This document shows, in pieces, positions 25,421-39,070 of a stretch of DNA of 64,000 nt (its first letter is position 1; every line of letters begins with the position of its first letter). This stretch comes from Callorhinchus milii (lineage: Eukaryota). The DNA lies in assembly GCF_018977255.1 (NCBI RefSeq), contig NW_024704743.1, positions 46,254,001-46,318,000 of the forward strand, in the 5' to 3' direction. The notes under the pieces are model-generated. The model worked only from the letters and a program-made list of their open reading frames with translations. It was not told the DNA's origin and made no database searches. A program made the position numbers and the translations under genes.

Positions 25421-27431
25421 AGTTTTAGTAGTCAATCCATCAAATTCTGTGTTTTTTAAAAAAAAATGTAAGCTTCTACTAAAATGTTTGTCAATTTAAA
25501 ATGAATCACTTGACTTTGTAGAGCCCACCCAATCCCGCATGCTCCACCAAGAAAAACTAACAACCGACTGCAATATTTCACATGCAAGAAAAACCCATTA
25601 TTTTCACACGAGAATTCCTGTCTGTCCTGAAAGGCATATTCCCCAACATTATTTGAATTCAATTCATTTACAATTAAGATTTAGCAAAGGAAATGTAACT
25701 CTTCTATTTTAATTTTTAGTGAGCGGATTTGAAATTGAACATTGTCTTTAATCTGTGACGTTGCAGTTTAACTTCCCTTTTTTTCCTTTTCCTTCCTGTA
25801 ACCTACCTCCTCACTTATTTTTCTCTCAAAGCAATGCTGTACTTCATTCTGTAACTGGCCCTTTTAATTCACATTTTCTTTCCTGTGACATATAGCAGAG
25901 CAAAACACAGAAGTAAAAGAACTATATGTTTTCAGTCTCTATATACTGTACCAAAATAGATCTTGATGGGCTCACAGAGGAGGGGCAGAGACAGGTAAAG
26001 ATTTTTTTTAAAAAATGTTGCGGTTGGCAAAGCAATCTAAATTAATATTACTACCTATGTCAATCAAGCCAGGAATGTAACATTCCTGCCTCCTCTGAAG
26101 AAATCACCTGGTAACCTCTACTGCTGCATATGCCAAGTATAAGCGACAATTCTTCACTGCAGGCACCAAAAAACATTTACAGTGTTTGTACTATTTTAGC
26201 TCTATTGCAAAAAAACAATGTTAGCTCTTTGCCTGTTTTTGAAAATGATTTTTGTACTGCTGTCCAGCAATACTACTTGCTTAAGAGTTTGTTTTGTCGA
26301 TGATTAAGTGTGTCCAATTATTTGTGTCCAATCCCTCAAATAAAATTGGTCATTCATTTCATGTCTGTTTGTGGGACATTGATATACATAATTGTGTTGC
26401 TGCGTTTGCCTACAAATGTACAGTCACTCATTTCATAATAAATCAAATCATGTGAAGCACTTTGAGGTGTCCTTCTGACATGATAAGGCGTTAACCCAAA
26501 AGCAAGGATAATTATTTCAAATTTTCTCATCAATGACGTGTGCCTCTCTGGACTACACTTGCCTGGATGCAGTTCTGCGGGTTGCACTCCAGTACACTGC
26601 CCAAGGGTTCCCTTGTGAGCCATGATCTAGGCCAGGGCATTCGACAAGAGAGGATGTCAAAGTGAGTTTGACCCTTTCCTGTTCAGTTGCCACATTGCCA
26701 AAGCATACCCGCACAAACAATAGAGGGTGCTATAGAGGAAGCAGGAATCCTGGTTGGTTTTCCCCTTCCAAACCTTGGTATGGCAGGGACAATTATCCTT
26801 CCCATGCTGATACCAGCAAACTCAGCATGGAATGGAATTCAAACTAATGAGCTTGTGGTCTGTAAACTGCAGCTCTATACAGAACTCCAATGGGATTTCT
26901 AGCTCAAAAACTGAATGTATTGAAACCTGTACATTATGAAGATCCACTGTTGCCATAAATCCATGTTAAAAATAATACTTTCACATATAAAACGGGACTT
27001 TTTCTATGTTTGAATGAATGCTTCTCCGAATTCTTGCAAGGCCAATACATTTGTAAAACTATATTGTTCTGGGTTGTTCTCTCATTTCCTGATGGCAGTG
27101 ACCCATTTAGGTCAACATCCCTCTGCTGCCCTCTTAACATGATAAGCAAGTATGACCAGGATATTGAAACACGATGACCATCAGAGCCACACCTAATCCT
27201 GTTCTCACACAGCAACAATGCTTTTCCAGCTGGAACCACTGGGTGGTGATCAAGGTTAGGAACCAGTTGGTCAACTTCACTCAGCCAGTGACACTGAGAC
27301 CATTGTAGTGCCTCTCCATTGGTATGGCACTACTCAAACTCAACACAGACCAAGATTAAACCTGGAACTCTTCTGCTGTCCTTGGGTCAAACTGTACCAC
27401 ATAGTACTTTTAGCCACTGAGGAAATGGGGT

Positions 27432-27911
27432 ATAATAATGGTTCGCTGGAGATAGCACCTTATGTCAAAACGTCTCAAGTAAGGAAACTTGCCCAAGGCT
27501 CAAAGCACATCACAGAATGTTCTATTAAGCGTAGTGTCTGTTTATTTTGGGGGTAACACAGCACTGAACTTGCATATAGTAAAGTCTCACAAACAGCTAC
27601 GCAGTAAATGATCATTTTTTCAACTGTTGCCATGTTAAATCCATGTTAACAATACTTTCACATATAAAAATAGACCTTTCCTATGTTTGAATGAATGCTG
27701 CTCTAAATTCTTGAAGGGGGAGAATGTTTAACATCCACCTAAACGGACAGATGGGACCTCAGTTAGAGACCTATTGGATGGACAGGACCTCCAGCAACGT
27801 AGTGCTCCCCCAGCACTGCATTGAAGTGTCAGCCAATATTGCGAGCTCAATGTCTTGACCTCAGGCTTGAAGCCACAAAATTCTATCTCCGATAGTACCA
27901 ACTGAGCCAAG
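27432..27911 (-). mobile_element. Deu-domain SINE carrying two small insertions
   Basis: Tail at 27432-27620 and Deu/head part at 27725-27911; see findings for the inserts. Confidence 0.7.
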
Positions 27912-29190
27912 CTACTATCGTTAACAACTACAATTTTGCACCACAACCTAAAGTACAGTCGATTGTGGCTGATAATTTTGTTTCTCCCAAGAAAATGAAT
28001 GAGTAAGCAGGATTCTGTACTTTTCTCTAATTTGACTATATGTACATTTGCAATCTATATATCTTATATCTGTCCATATTTGGATGAGGCATTAAACTGA
28101 GGTCGTGTCTGTCTGTTTCCAGGTGGACACTAACAATCTTGTGACACAATTTGAAGAGTTCCAGGCTGCAATCCTTCAGATAAATTGGTCATCCGTCTCA
28201 TGGCAAGCTATGTGGTTTTAGCTGGTTGAACTCTTAACACATACTCTGGGGTCCTCAAGCTTTGGCTCTTGCCAACCTGCGCTTAGTACTCTTAGTAATT
28301 AGGGTGAACCACCTCCAGGGAGAGAGTGTGCATTCCATTACAGATGCAGTGAAATTTAAAATGTGTGGGTGATGTGCATATGTGGAACTCTCAGTCTGGT
28401 TTGGATACATGATGATGGGTTTCAGCATGTGTCAGACACCCAGCTGACCCATTATTTGTGGAAATGGCTACTGTGTTTGACTTCAAAAACATCACTATAT
28501 TTGACAGTCATTACTTGAGAAGTATTTTTTGCGATGTTTTGAGGTGATAACAATGAAAGTTCTTTTACAGTAGGCCCAGAGGTTCTACAGTGTTATAATT
28601 CCATATTTGAAAGCAATCTCAGCGCAGATTAAAACTGGCTTTTAACCTGCATCTGCACTGCTCGGAGCTTTGCTGTGTTTCGTGATGGAAATTAAAAGCA
28701 AGTACTTTCTTAGATTGATTTGCGATAGAAAAGGTGGGTGTCATTTGGAAGGTGAAACAGTCCCGTGTGAGAGGTCAGATGGACTCCAATAGATTTGTGA
28801 AAAGGACAGCGCGATTTAAATCCGCGTGGAACCCTTTTCCTGTTAATTAGTAGATGATGTAGATTCATAACAATGCTGCCAATAACTGAGTGCTGCAGTT
28901 ACCTTATTTCTGGTAAAGTATTGGCCAGGGCAGGAGGCAATCAAAAGGCACGCAGGCTCCTTCAGCACATAAATACCACACAGGAAGGCCAAAGGAATTT
29001 AAGACCTTTTGTATCCTCGTGTTACATTTTGTATGTAAAACAATTCTTTAAGTGACTGGCAGCTCATGTTGGTTTTAAAGGAAAGGTACTGCATAACTTC
29101 TGCCTGTGTTGGGCTGTAATAACAATAACATAGCATCTTGGATACATGGTGATGGGTTTCAGCATGTGTCAGACACCAAGCTGATCCAAC

Positions 29191-29560
29191 AGAGTCCCTA
29201 AGCTCAGTGGTTAGAGCAGTCGCCTTGCAAGCAAGAGACCTGGGTTCTATTTCCGGCAGGGCGAAACGTTGGGCAATTTTCAAATTTCTGGCTCAAGCAA
29301 GAGTTCGATTCCCGGCAGGACGAAACCTTGGGCAAGTTTCCTTACTCCACGCACTTGGTAATAAACCCTCAAGAAAAAAAACACAATAATAATTTGGTCA
29401 CTTCAATCCACGACTGTTTGTGGGACACTGCTGTGCGCAATTGGCTGCCGCGTTCCGCTCACAAATATACAGTCAATTTTACTTTACAGTATATTCTCTG
29501 AAGTGCTTTGAGATGTCTAGAAGACTTGAAAAACGCTATATCAAAGGCAAGGATTATTTT
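29191..29560 (+). mobile_element. tRNA-derived SINE with duplicated B-box region
   Basis: Two successive GTTC.ATT.CCGGCAGG.CGAAAC segments separated by a short spacer containing a 21-nt non-SINE insert. Confidence 0.9.
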
Positions 29561-29636
29561 TATTTATTATTTTATCTTACTTAACTTGTCTGCCGTTTTT
29601 CTCCATGCTGTTTCGTTTTGAGTGAATTATAAATAA

Positions 29637-29962
29637 ACGTCTTCTAGACATCTCAAAGCACTCCACAGAATATACTGTAAAGTGAATTGACTGTATATTT
29701 GTGGGTGAAACGCGGAAACCGATTGTGCACAGCAGTGTCCCACAAACAGTCGTGGATTGAAGTGACCAAATTATTATTGTTTTTTTTTGAAGAAGTATCA
29801 TCCTTGGAGAGGCGATCTGCCAATCGACTAACAACTGGGTTCCTACTTACTTCTAGGTAAACTGGAGTAAGGAAACTTGCTCAACGTTTCGCCCTGCCGG
29901 AAATAGAACCCAGGTCTCTCGCTTGCAAGGCGAGTGCTCTAACCACTGCGCTACAGTTCTCC
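29637..29962 (-). mobile_element. tRNA-derived SINE, long subfamily, inverted relative to its neighbour
   Basis: Reverse complement matches head, internal block and core; tail truncated. Confidence 0.9.
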
Positions 29963-30528
29963 ATTATGCGCTATACTATATGGCGTGACACATTTTCAAA
30001 TTTCTGGCTCAAACATTGTGCTAAAGGGATGCTGGCTGACTGACTCTTCCCTCGTGCTTCAGTCTCTTTCATGACTGACGGCACTGTTTTTCTCATTAAA
30101 ACTAAAAACAGGATCAGTACTGTTCGCCATCTTAATGAAAAATGTCTTGAGTTCAAGTTTCAGGGCTCTCTTACACTCAAACTTGGCTGCTTCAATTGGA
30201 TGCTTTAATGGACTTGGTACATTCAGCTTTCTGTGGAGAATTTATACAAGTAGCAGAAAATAGACTTAGATATTTTTATCATTTATATTTGTCTGTAAAA
30301 GGGTACAATAGAGTATTCAGATTGTACTCCAATTCAGTCACTCTGCTCCCAGTGGGAACTCTTCCAGAGGTTCATCTGATTCTGGACAACTGCTATGTTT
30401 ACTCCAGGATAACAAATGGAGCCAGCACAGCTATGAAAGGCAATAGATGTTATGAAAGGCAATAGATATTTTTGGAGGGATAAGAAGAGGAAGAATAAAT
30501 TGGGCTTCATAAAAGGGAGATAGATCAT

Positions 30529-30623
30529 GCCTACCTACTGTCAAGCCTACCTACCAACCCACCACCCAACCAGCCCACCAGCATGCATCCATCCATCCAT
30601 CCATCCATCCATCCAGACAGACC

Positions 30624-30679
<56 letters not shown>
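30529..30679. repeat. Compound tetranucleotide microsatellite (CCTA/CCAA, CCAT, CAGA)
   Basis: Direct reading; it abuts the tail of a minus-strand SINE at 30680-31065. Confidence 0.95.
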
Positions 30680-31065
30680 GTACAATATAGCACCTTTCAC
30701 ATTGGGAGGATGTCTCAAAGTGCGTCACAGGATATGCTATAAAGTGGAGTGAGAACGTATTTCATGGGTGATTGCAGCAATCATTTTGCACGCGGCAATG
30801 TTCCACAAACAACCATGAAATGAATGACCAATTTTATTTGAGGGATTGTTGGTCAGAACACTGGGAAAAACTCCCTTATCTTTTTGAGTAGTACAATAGG
30901 ATCTTTAACATCCACCTAAACAGGCAGACAGGAACTTGGTTTAAAGTCTCATTTAAAAGACAATTTATCAATGCAGTGCTGCAGCCCAACCACAGAAATA
31001 TATTGAACTTGATTCTACAACTTTTTTTGACTTCAGTGAGAGTGCTACCAAATGAGACAGGCTGA
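30680..31065 (-). mobile_element. Deu-domain SINE
   Basis: Tail, core, TTTAACATCCACCTAAACAGGCAGAC and head remnants. Confidence 0.8.
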
Positions 31066-31859
31066 CACACACACATGTATGAGGTATGGAGAAAGTGTGG
31101 ATAAATGGGATTAAAGATCTAATGAATTGATGGAGCTTGTCCAAAGGGCTGAACAACACTTACCCGAGGTTAGTAGATTTTGCAAAAGCTGTTTGTATGT
31201 TCCTCGTTTTCAGATTGAACAGATTCCTTTACATAGGTCAATTACTTGCAGTATTTATGAGCGAAACTAAAGTGAATTTACATAGCCTTTGTCTTTCTTG
31301 GTGCCTCATACAACTGAGACAAAATGTTATCTTTAATCTTACATTTTCAAATGGCTGGATAAGGCTTGTTGAGGTATTGAAACATCTCTCCAAATATTAC
31401 TCCGTGTTGACTTCTGCAGCACAATAATCTCAAGAACATGGGTTGACATTCTGGCAATGAGTTCTGCTTGTTGCACTGTGGCTAGAAGAGGCCATGGCAG
31501 AATCAGGCTGGTCTGACTCTCCTCTGGCACTTATCCAACTTGTTGCAATTATTTCTTCCTGCTGATTTCCATATAAACAAATCATGTTGTTCAGTAATCT
31601 CCACACTGCTATTACTGTACATGCTGGGGGAGGAGGAATTCATTCTTTTGACCCTTTTGTTATATCTTTTGACCAGATTTGTAACAGGTTTCATTCATGA
31701 GTCGTGCTGACCACTGATGCAAGGCACTCTTAATGAATGAGCAGGCAGAACCACACTTTATAGAGAGACAATACCAGCTGGATGCCTGTCCTGCCCTGGG
31801 AGACAATCAAGAGAAATATAATACACTAGACGTCTATTGATAGACATAAAATGTATCCA

Positions 31860-32200
31860 AATCTAGAAGGAGGGAAAAAAATTTAAAATCTGGAGATTCT
31901 ATATTTAACAAATTCTTAATACGATGTGATAGAATGAGTTAAATGAAATTTAATGCACTTATCACAAATCAACGCTTTGCATAGATTCATAATTACGAAG
32001 CGGGAAATAAAGTAGGGAGACTTCTTGCATCGCAGCTCAGAAAAGTGGAGCTATCATCCATCATATCTCATGTGGAGGATGTTTATTCTGAAAGGAATAT
32101 AGATTTGGAATCAATTAACAGTCCCGGGGATTTTTCTGCTGACTTACATTAATTGAGGATTTTTTTTGTTGCCAAACTGAACTTGTTCACCCTCCTACCC
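31860..32200 (+). mobile_element. L1/Tx1-clade LINE ORF2 fragment
   Basis: From 31994 translates YEAGNKVGRLLASQLRK, matching the L1 EN-RT linker motif YE.G.K.G.LLA.QLR. Confidence 0.7.
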
Positions 32201-33469
32201 AATTACAGAGAAAACACATTCAGTAAATTAATAGTGTGAGAGGTGCAGACAAGCACTTCACATAGAGCATGGGCACCTGCAGGGTTTATGAAGAAAGTCG
32301 GAGAGAGAGAGATTCTGCAGGTCAGTAAATTCATCAACCATAGCGAGCTACACAAATGTGTGTGCAATATCAATGTGTATGACCATTAATATAGGGTGTT
32401 TGCATTGTTCCAGTTTTCAACCCTTTGGTGCACATTATGAACAGCGGACATGCCTTATTCAGCAAGTTTAGACTTTATTGAAGATCATTAAAGCAGCATC
32501 TTCTGTAGTACATTAGAAAGACACAGAGACCAACGTGTTTTTAAACATCAGTTCAGATTGGGATTATTGAGATTGATGAGTGCTGTGAGTGCAGAGGCGA
32601 GTGCAATTCTGGTTATGAAAAAAGTTGATTTCGTGGACATCATGGGTGCCAGACAAAATGCTAGACACCTGCATATGATGGAGAGAGCACAATGCATGTA
32701 ATCCTAATACATGCTACCCGGAGTAGCTATTTATATTGTGATATATTTCCAAAGACCAGCGCTAATCAGCTATTCCTTATTTAATGCCAGCATAAAGTAA
32801 CCATAAGCCACCTGTCAATTCTGTTGATTAAGTCTAATCTATTTTGTCTGCCGATGGCCTGTTGATATTGACCCGTGCTAAAGAGGCTGTTCTGATACTT
32901 AAATATGGTCAAAAACTCTTTGTAGTTGGGAGGATATGATAACAGTACAGGCATCAATGTAGTCTGCCAGAGGAATTCTGTTAGGGGCCCTGGAACGTCA
33001 AAGGCTAAGAGTATTTCATTGAGGTGTGAGAAGGAATCAGTCAGTCTATTTCAGCCTCCTATGTCTCAATCAATTTAGTTACACTTCAGCCTGGCCTGAG
33101 GAGGGAAACTACTGTACACCAACACAAACAGAGGAGGTTGTTTAACTATCCAATAATAGTATTATTATAGTAACTATCCAATAGGCACAGGAACTTTGAG
33201 CACATTGAAGATCCTACAATTAACAGATTTATTTTGATCAGCCAAGTGTCTGATACTTGTGAAAACCCCTTAACATTGTGCCACATCTATGCCATGACCC
33301 GCTCTGCCTTCCCTCACATCCGTAATATTGCCTGGCTCCACCACTGCCTCTCCCATCAGGCCACCGAAACCCTCATCCATGCATTTATAAGGATTATTAT
33401 TATATCTAGACTCGACTACACCGACTCCCTGTTTTGTCCGCTTTCTCAACTCTTCACGCCACAATTTGC

Positions 33470-33900
33470 AGATTATCTGTTGATGTTGCTGCTTACCTAA
33501 TTCTGGAAAGAATTAGGCACAGGTTAGCAAGAGTGAAGACTTGGGACCCCAGAGAGTGCATTCGGGTACAGCTGGGGATCAACCAGGTAGAACTACATAG
33601 CTTGCCAATGACAACAATAACAACAAAATTACATTTGTATAGTGCCTTCACGTCGGGAGGAAGTCCCAAGGCACTGGACAGTCAGAGTTTCGGACCCAAG
33701 CTGGGGGTCGGGATTGGGGAAGATGGAGGGCAGTGGGGGAAGCAGGGAGTTTAAAAGCACGGTCGAAGAGGAGGATCTTGAGATGGGTTGAAGGATTGAC
33801 TGTCGAGTGTTGCAGACATGCCTGCTCCAGGAACCAGACTGATGAGATCTCCACAGATGATTGACTCTATTCCGGCACTCCATTGGCAAACACTATTCTC
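33470..33900 (-). mobile_element. Fragment of the CCHC-LINE-like 3' UTR family, interrupted by an L2 3' piece (about 33610-33795)
   Basis: 33488-33608 and 33810-33890 match separate parts of the 38.1-38.7 kb copy. Confidence 0.7.
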
Positions 33901-33924
33901 CCCACTCCCCAGGAGAATAATCAC

Positions 33925-34230
33925 TGCAGCTTCGGATGAGACATTAAGGCAATGTTCTGTCTACTTGTTCAAGTGGTCTTTAAAGATTCCATGGCACAAT
34001 TTGAATCGAGAAGGGAGTTTCTACCAGTGTCCTGGTCAACAATTTCCCAGATAAAATTGGGCACTCACTTCATGGCTGTTTATAGGACATTGCTGTGCGT
34101 GCAAATTAATTGCCACATTCATCCACAAATACAATCACTTCCAGCAATTACCTGTGAAGCTCTTTAAGATGTTTCAAAATTATAGGTGCTGTTTCAAATG
34201 CAAGGATTATTTTGGTTATTATTATTATTA
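33925..34230 (+). mobile_element. Deu-domain SINE
   Basis: TTCGGATGAGACATTAA..CCTGGTCAACAAT..GCAAGGATTATT. Confidence 0.78.
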
Positions 34231-37200
34231 TCTTGTGAGATGTTGGTATTCTGAAAGATAAGGTTAAATAGGCTGAACGGCTTTCTGCAACCTACTCTAT
34301 TACTGAGGTGACTGATGTCTTGTTCAGGAAGCTTGCTTGTTAGACTGTATTAATGCAGATAGAGAGAGAGTGTCATTTTGTTACTGTAACCCAATTCCCA
34401 ACAGTGCAAGCTTAATAGACTATCTTATCACAGAAAAGCTTTCACTCTTCTAAATGAGTAGATAATATGTGAACTTAGGAGGATGATAACGCAGTGTTAC
34501 TTGTAATTCCTTTATTCTGAGGTCATCTAAGGTTTGGATGAATCAGATGGCAGATTACAGTACTTATACACCACAGAAAGTTGTCAGTGTTGTTATGAAA
34601 CATCATGTTGCATTTGTAATATAGCCACTGAGAGGAGCCTTATCTTGTAACAGGAGGAAAATCAGCACTGAGCAATGGTGGAACATGGAGTCAGGTATCC
34701 AGGAGCCACCAGCAGAAAAAGGAGCCAAAGTTTAGCAATCTGTTCTCTTAATAACATGCTCTGATGAGCTCATTTTGTTCAGTGTGGTGTTAAGGACACT
34801 CAAGAGTAAAGATTCTCATGTTTTGATTGCATTTGTTGTGAAAGGAGATATTGCATGTCAGTTAGCGTATACAATTGGGATTCATTATGTTTCTAGGAAA
34901 TGCACTAATACACCTAACAAGAAATTGTATCAAATTAACATTGATCTATGTAGATTCAGTGCCATCAGTGATTGTTGTGCTTTGCCTGCCTTTGCGTCAT
35001 GTGGATTGTGAACATTTCCTTAGACATTGTGTAAGTGCCCTATTATGTGCACCTCGAGGTGGAGGAGCAACAGTGATGGAAAATATTGCTGACTAAGGAT
35101 TTACAGAGGGTACAACAGGTAGTAGCTGTATCTGTGACTAAATGAACTCACCCTTTATAGTGTGGGTGATCCCTGAGGTATCAGTTGTTTAAGACAGTGC
35201 TCTCAGTGGTGGCATCTTACAGTTATTTCTCCAGGAATACGTGATTGCACAGAACTGTGAGTACTGAAGTATGTACTTCTATGAGTTTTTTGAACCCCAC
35301 TATCATTGGTTGACTACAGCTGTCCAAACTTGTGGCTTTAGCTGGTTAGACTCCAGCAGTACCCCAATGAACATAGTACCCTAGTGCCTTGGCTCTTGCC
35401 AGCTTGTGCCTAATGCTCTCCAGAATTAGGTAAGCAGAATGCATCCCTCCAGGCAGATTGCCCCTCTAATAAATATCTCAGGAATTTCCGTGTATAGGTG
35501 GGATGCATGGAACTCTCCGTTTGGTTTGGATACTCTCAACGCCCGCCACCCCCCACCGAAGTTTCATCTGAACCTCCCAGCAGATTGTCTGAGGCTCACA
35601 ACCACATTAGCTAAGGAGCTCACCTCTTGCTATGCCTGATGGTTTCTCAGCAAAATGATGGACCTCCCTTCTCCATCACAGTGCCCTTTAATGCCCACAA
35701 TGCCCAGCGCTTTGGGATGTCCTCCCGACATGTAAGGCGCTCTATAAATGTAATTTTGTTATTGTTGTTGTTGTCTTTACACTGCTCCAGCATTGCCTGC
35801 ACAAGGAAACACTCCACATGTTGGGAGAAACCTATTTCCTGGACCTTGGTGATTCTTAGTTGAACAGAAACTTCTGCGCATCACAGCAGGATTACGGCTC
35901 TTTAAATTGTATACTTAGTCAGAACCTTCAAGCAATTGCTTAGTGTGAAAATTGAACAGTCAAAAGGGCTGTGCCCTTTCAACATGACTGAGAGTAGGGC
36001 ATACGTTTTAATGCCTCAAATTGGGAGTGTTCTGTAGAGCTGAATTTTGAATTGTGTGAAATATTACCCTTTTAATTTCCAACTCAGACTTCAGTTGGAG
36101 GTGTAGAAAGGAATTTACCCCCCCCACCCCAAAAAAACTTTCCTTCAACCAGCCAATACTCACAGTGCTTCCGTAATCTACCCAGGATTGTTTGGGCTGA
36201 AATTCCATCCGGTGTTGTCCAGTGGGCCTTTGATGATAATGGGGAAATTCTATTAGCTGCTGACGCTGCCAAATATATACCACAACAGGAATTTCAACCC
36301 AATTACGTGCAGTCAATAAAGCCAGGCTTCATTGTCCACAGACAGGAATAGCAGATGTTTACATTAATCCTTACATTGCACAAAATCTCAAAAGCTGGTA
36401 GCTAAAAAAAATGAAACTTTCTTGGTGTTATAGAAGATTTGCTAATTCCTAAGAGGGTGGACATTCATGTTGAAATCTAAAGTACCTGAGCTGAGCAATC
36501 TTCATTAAGTGAGCTCACTGTTGCTATTGCTGAAGCAAATCTTACATAATTTGTATAAATTACATAGACAGAAAGGGATAGAAATGATAATGTTGGAAGG
36601 AGGAGACCATTTGGCCCATTGAGCCTCTGATGGTACTAGTTGCTATAATGGATCTAATCCTAATTCCCTGCTCTTTCCTTCAACACTTTCATATTGATCC
36701 TCTTCAAATATTTTTAATAATATATAATCCTTACATTTTGAATAATAAATAGCACCTTAACACGTCATCAAGACATCTCAAAGTACTTCACAGGATATGT
36801 TTTAAAGCGACGTGACTGTGTGTTTTGTGGGTGATAGTCAAAGCGGTGGTAGACTGCCAGTGCCAATTACTACTATTAATAGAAATTCAAATTCATTTTA
36901 TAATGAATTCTAGAATGAGAATAATGAGATTTGAACAGGTTATCAGACTATTGTTTTAAAGTGGAGGAGATTGTTACCAGACAATGAAAGATGCATTCCC
37001 CAAAAATCTGTAAACAATTCGACAAGAGAGGAAGCACCTGATCATATCATGCTTTGAAAGAAGCCCAATTAGGCATAGCAGATATTACAGTAGATTTCAA
37101 GGTAAGAGAATTACAGTGAAGAGGAATCCTGCAGACTTGCCAGAATAGAAAGAAATGGGTGCTCATAAATCAGCAGTAAAATTGCTACCCAATGGATGAT

Positions 37201-38089
37201 TTGACCCCAGGTTATTTAATTACCCCGAGGTCCGAGTCCTCGAGACAACAAGAATAAAATTAGAAAGCTTTAACAGAGAGTAAACATTACAACCATTTTT
37301 TTCCCACCAACTCTATTTATGGAATACATTCCAAACACATGTACACATACAATGGTGTATGAACAAACGCCTTGAAAAAGGAATAGGGAGAATTCTAGTA
37401 ATATGTAGAGAAACTACAGGACTTGGTGGTTTCCACTTCTTTTGGGTTGTGATAATGTCATCTGTGGAATTCAACTGGATGGGGTTCAATAATGTAGATT
37501 GACAACATCGAGACTTTGCTTTATGAATGTCCTATTGATAACAATGATGATCAACTATACATAATTTCAGTAGAGAACAACACACACTTTTCAGATTTCC
37601 CCATCTTCCAACAACAAAAGCCGAGTACAAACTTATAAATTACAATAGGGTTTAGACCCATTACAAAAATATCTATCCCAGAAATTGAGAGAAACACGGA
37701 AATAATTCATGTCAATCACACTTAGACTGAGTCATGAAAGACAGGCATTATGGATTTGCACATGGACATTGATCTTTACATTTTTACACTCACAGAAGCA
37801 TTCTCTTGCACATAGTGAGGAACTGTACAGTGCCCAGCCCCAGTTTTTAAACCATTCTAATCCTTAACAACATATACTAATTTTCTCCATTATTCTAAAA
37901 GAAACTTAAATTTCCACCCTTGAATAACTTTTTTTACATTTACAATATTAAGAATATGAACATTATACTTAAACGGAAAACAATACTAACACATTCAAAT
38001 TAACACCTGAAAATAACATTTTCATAAATTTATCCTACTAGACTCAGCCTACTCTACTTCCTGCATGACACATGAGAAATATATGAAAG

Positions 38090-39070
38090 TTTTTTTGGGG
38101 GTCAGCTGAGTGTCTGAAACATGTGGAAACCCGTCACCATTGCTTAAGAGTATCTAAACCAAGCTGAGATTTCCATACCTACACATGGAAATCCCAGAGA
38201 TAGATTTTTGGAATGGAATGTGTATTCTCTCCCTGGAGCGAGGTATCCTGCTTACCTAATTCTGGAGAGTATTAGGCGCAGGTTGACAAGAGCAAGCCTT
38301 GGAGTCCCCAGAGTGTGTGTTGGAATACTGCTAGAGTCTAACCAGCTAAAACTGCATAGCTTGCCATTGATATTGCTGTCAGGCCAGCTTTCCTGCTCCT
38401 TGTCCAGCAAGGACCGACCATCTACCCATTGGGGCTTTGGCTGCAGGGTTAACAGGAGCTGAGTGGGATGACTCCCTGCCCCCAGTGACTTGTCTGCTCT
38501 TCCAGGTCCTGCCGATAAAAGACTGGCTGTGCTGTCATCAGCAGTGCCCTGAAATGCTACAGACCCGCCTGGCTCAGGAACCGGACTACAGAGACCGTCA
38601 CAGAGGGCTGGCTCTATTCCGACATTCTGCTGCCAGGCATGTCACCTTAGTGCTAGTTCAGCTCCAAGGAGACCCGCTTACCTATCCCCCAAGGCGGAAA
38701 GTCACTAGTTGGTCTTTTGACATCCGACAATCATGGGTTTGAGCCCCCACTAGGAGGATGATAGGTACAAGGTACTCCCTGCGAGTTTCCTGGTGGGCAA
38801 CCACAGCTCAGCATGAAATGCGTGAGAGCTTTGCCACTGTGTTACTTTCCACGTCTCACGCATACATCCCTTCCCATTGAGCGATGGTTCCACCAGTTGG
38901 AGGTGCGGAGTTTATGCAGCAGTTGTTTGCCTGTCTGCAAACCAATCAAGGTGGATTCCAGGCGCTGGACGTACGAACGTGTTTTCATAAACTCAGACTC
39001 CAGGTAACACCTTTCAGCAGCTGTCACCCCAAGCCCCAGGGTTTCCTCATCAGCTATCTGGTGAGCATCT
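38090..39070 (-). mobile_element. Longest copy of an unassigned LINE-like family: ORF2 C-terminus remnant plus about 650-bp 3' UTR
   Basis: Minus strand reads GKQLLHKLRTSN..CVRRGK*..LTHFMLSC (degenerate CCHC); 3' end CAGCTGACCCCCAAAAAAA. Shorter copies at about 28200-28450, 29140-29188, 33232-33270, 35325-35535, 50995-51398, 52040-52355 and 53645-54012. Confidence 0.65.

Noticed and set aside
25936..25994. 59-nt exon candidate (SIYCTKIDLDGLTEEGQRQ)
   Set aside because: Short pyrimidine tract, no recognised homology, within chance expectation.
36970..38040. Possible solo LTR
   Set aside because: No second copy, clear termini, target duplication or PBS/PPT could be established.
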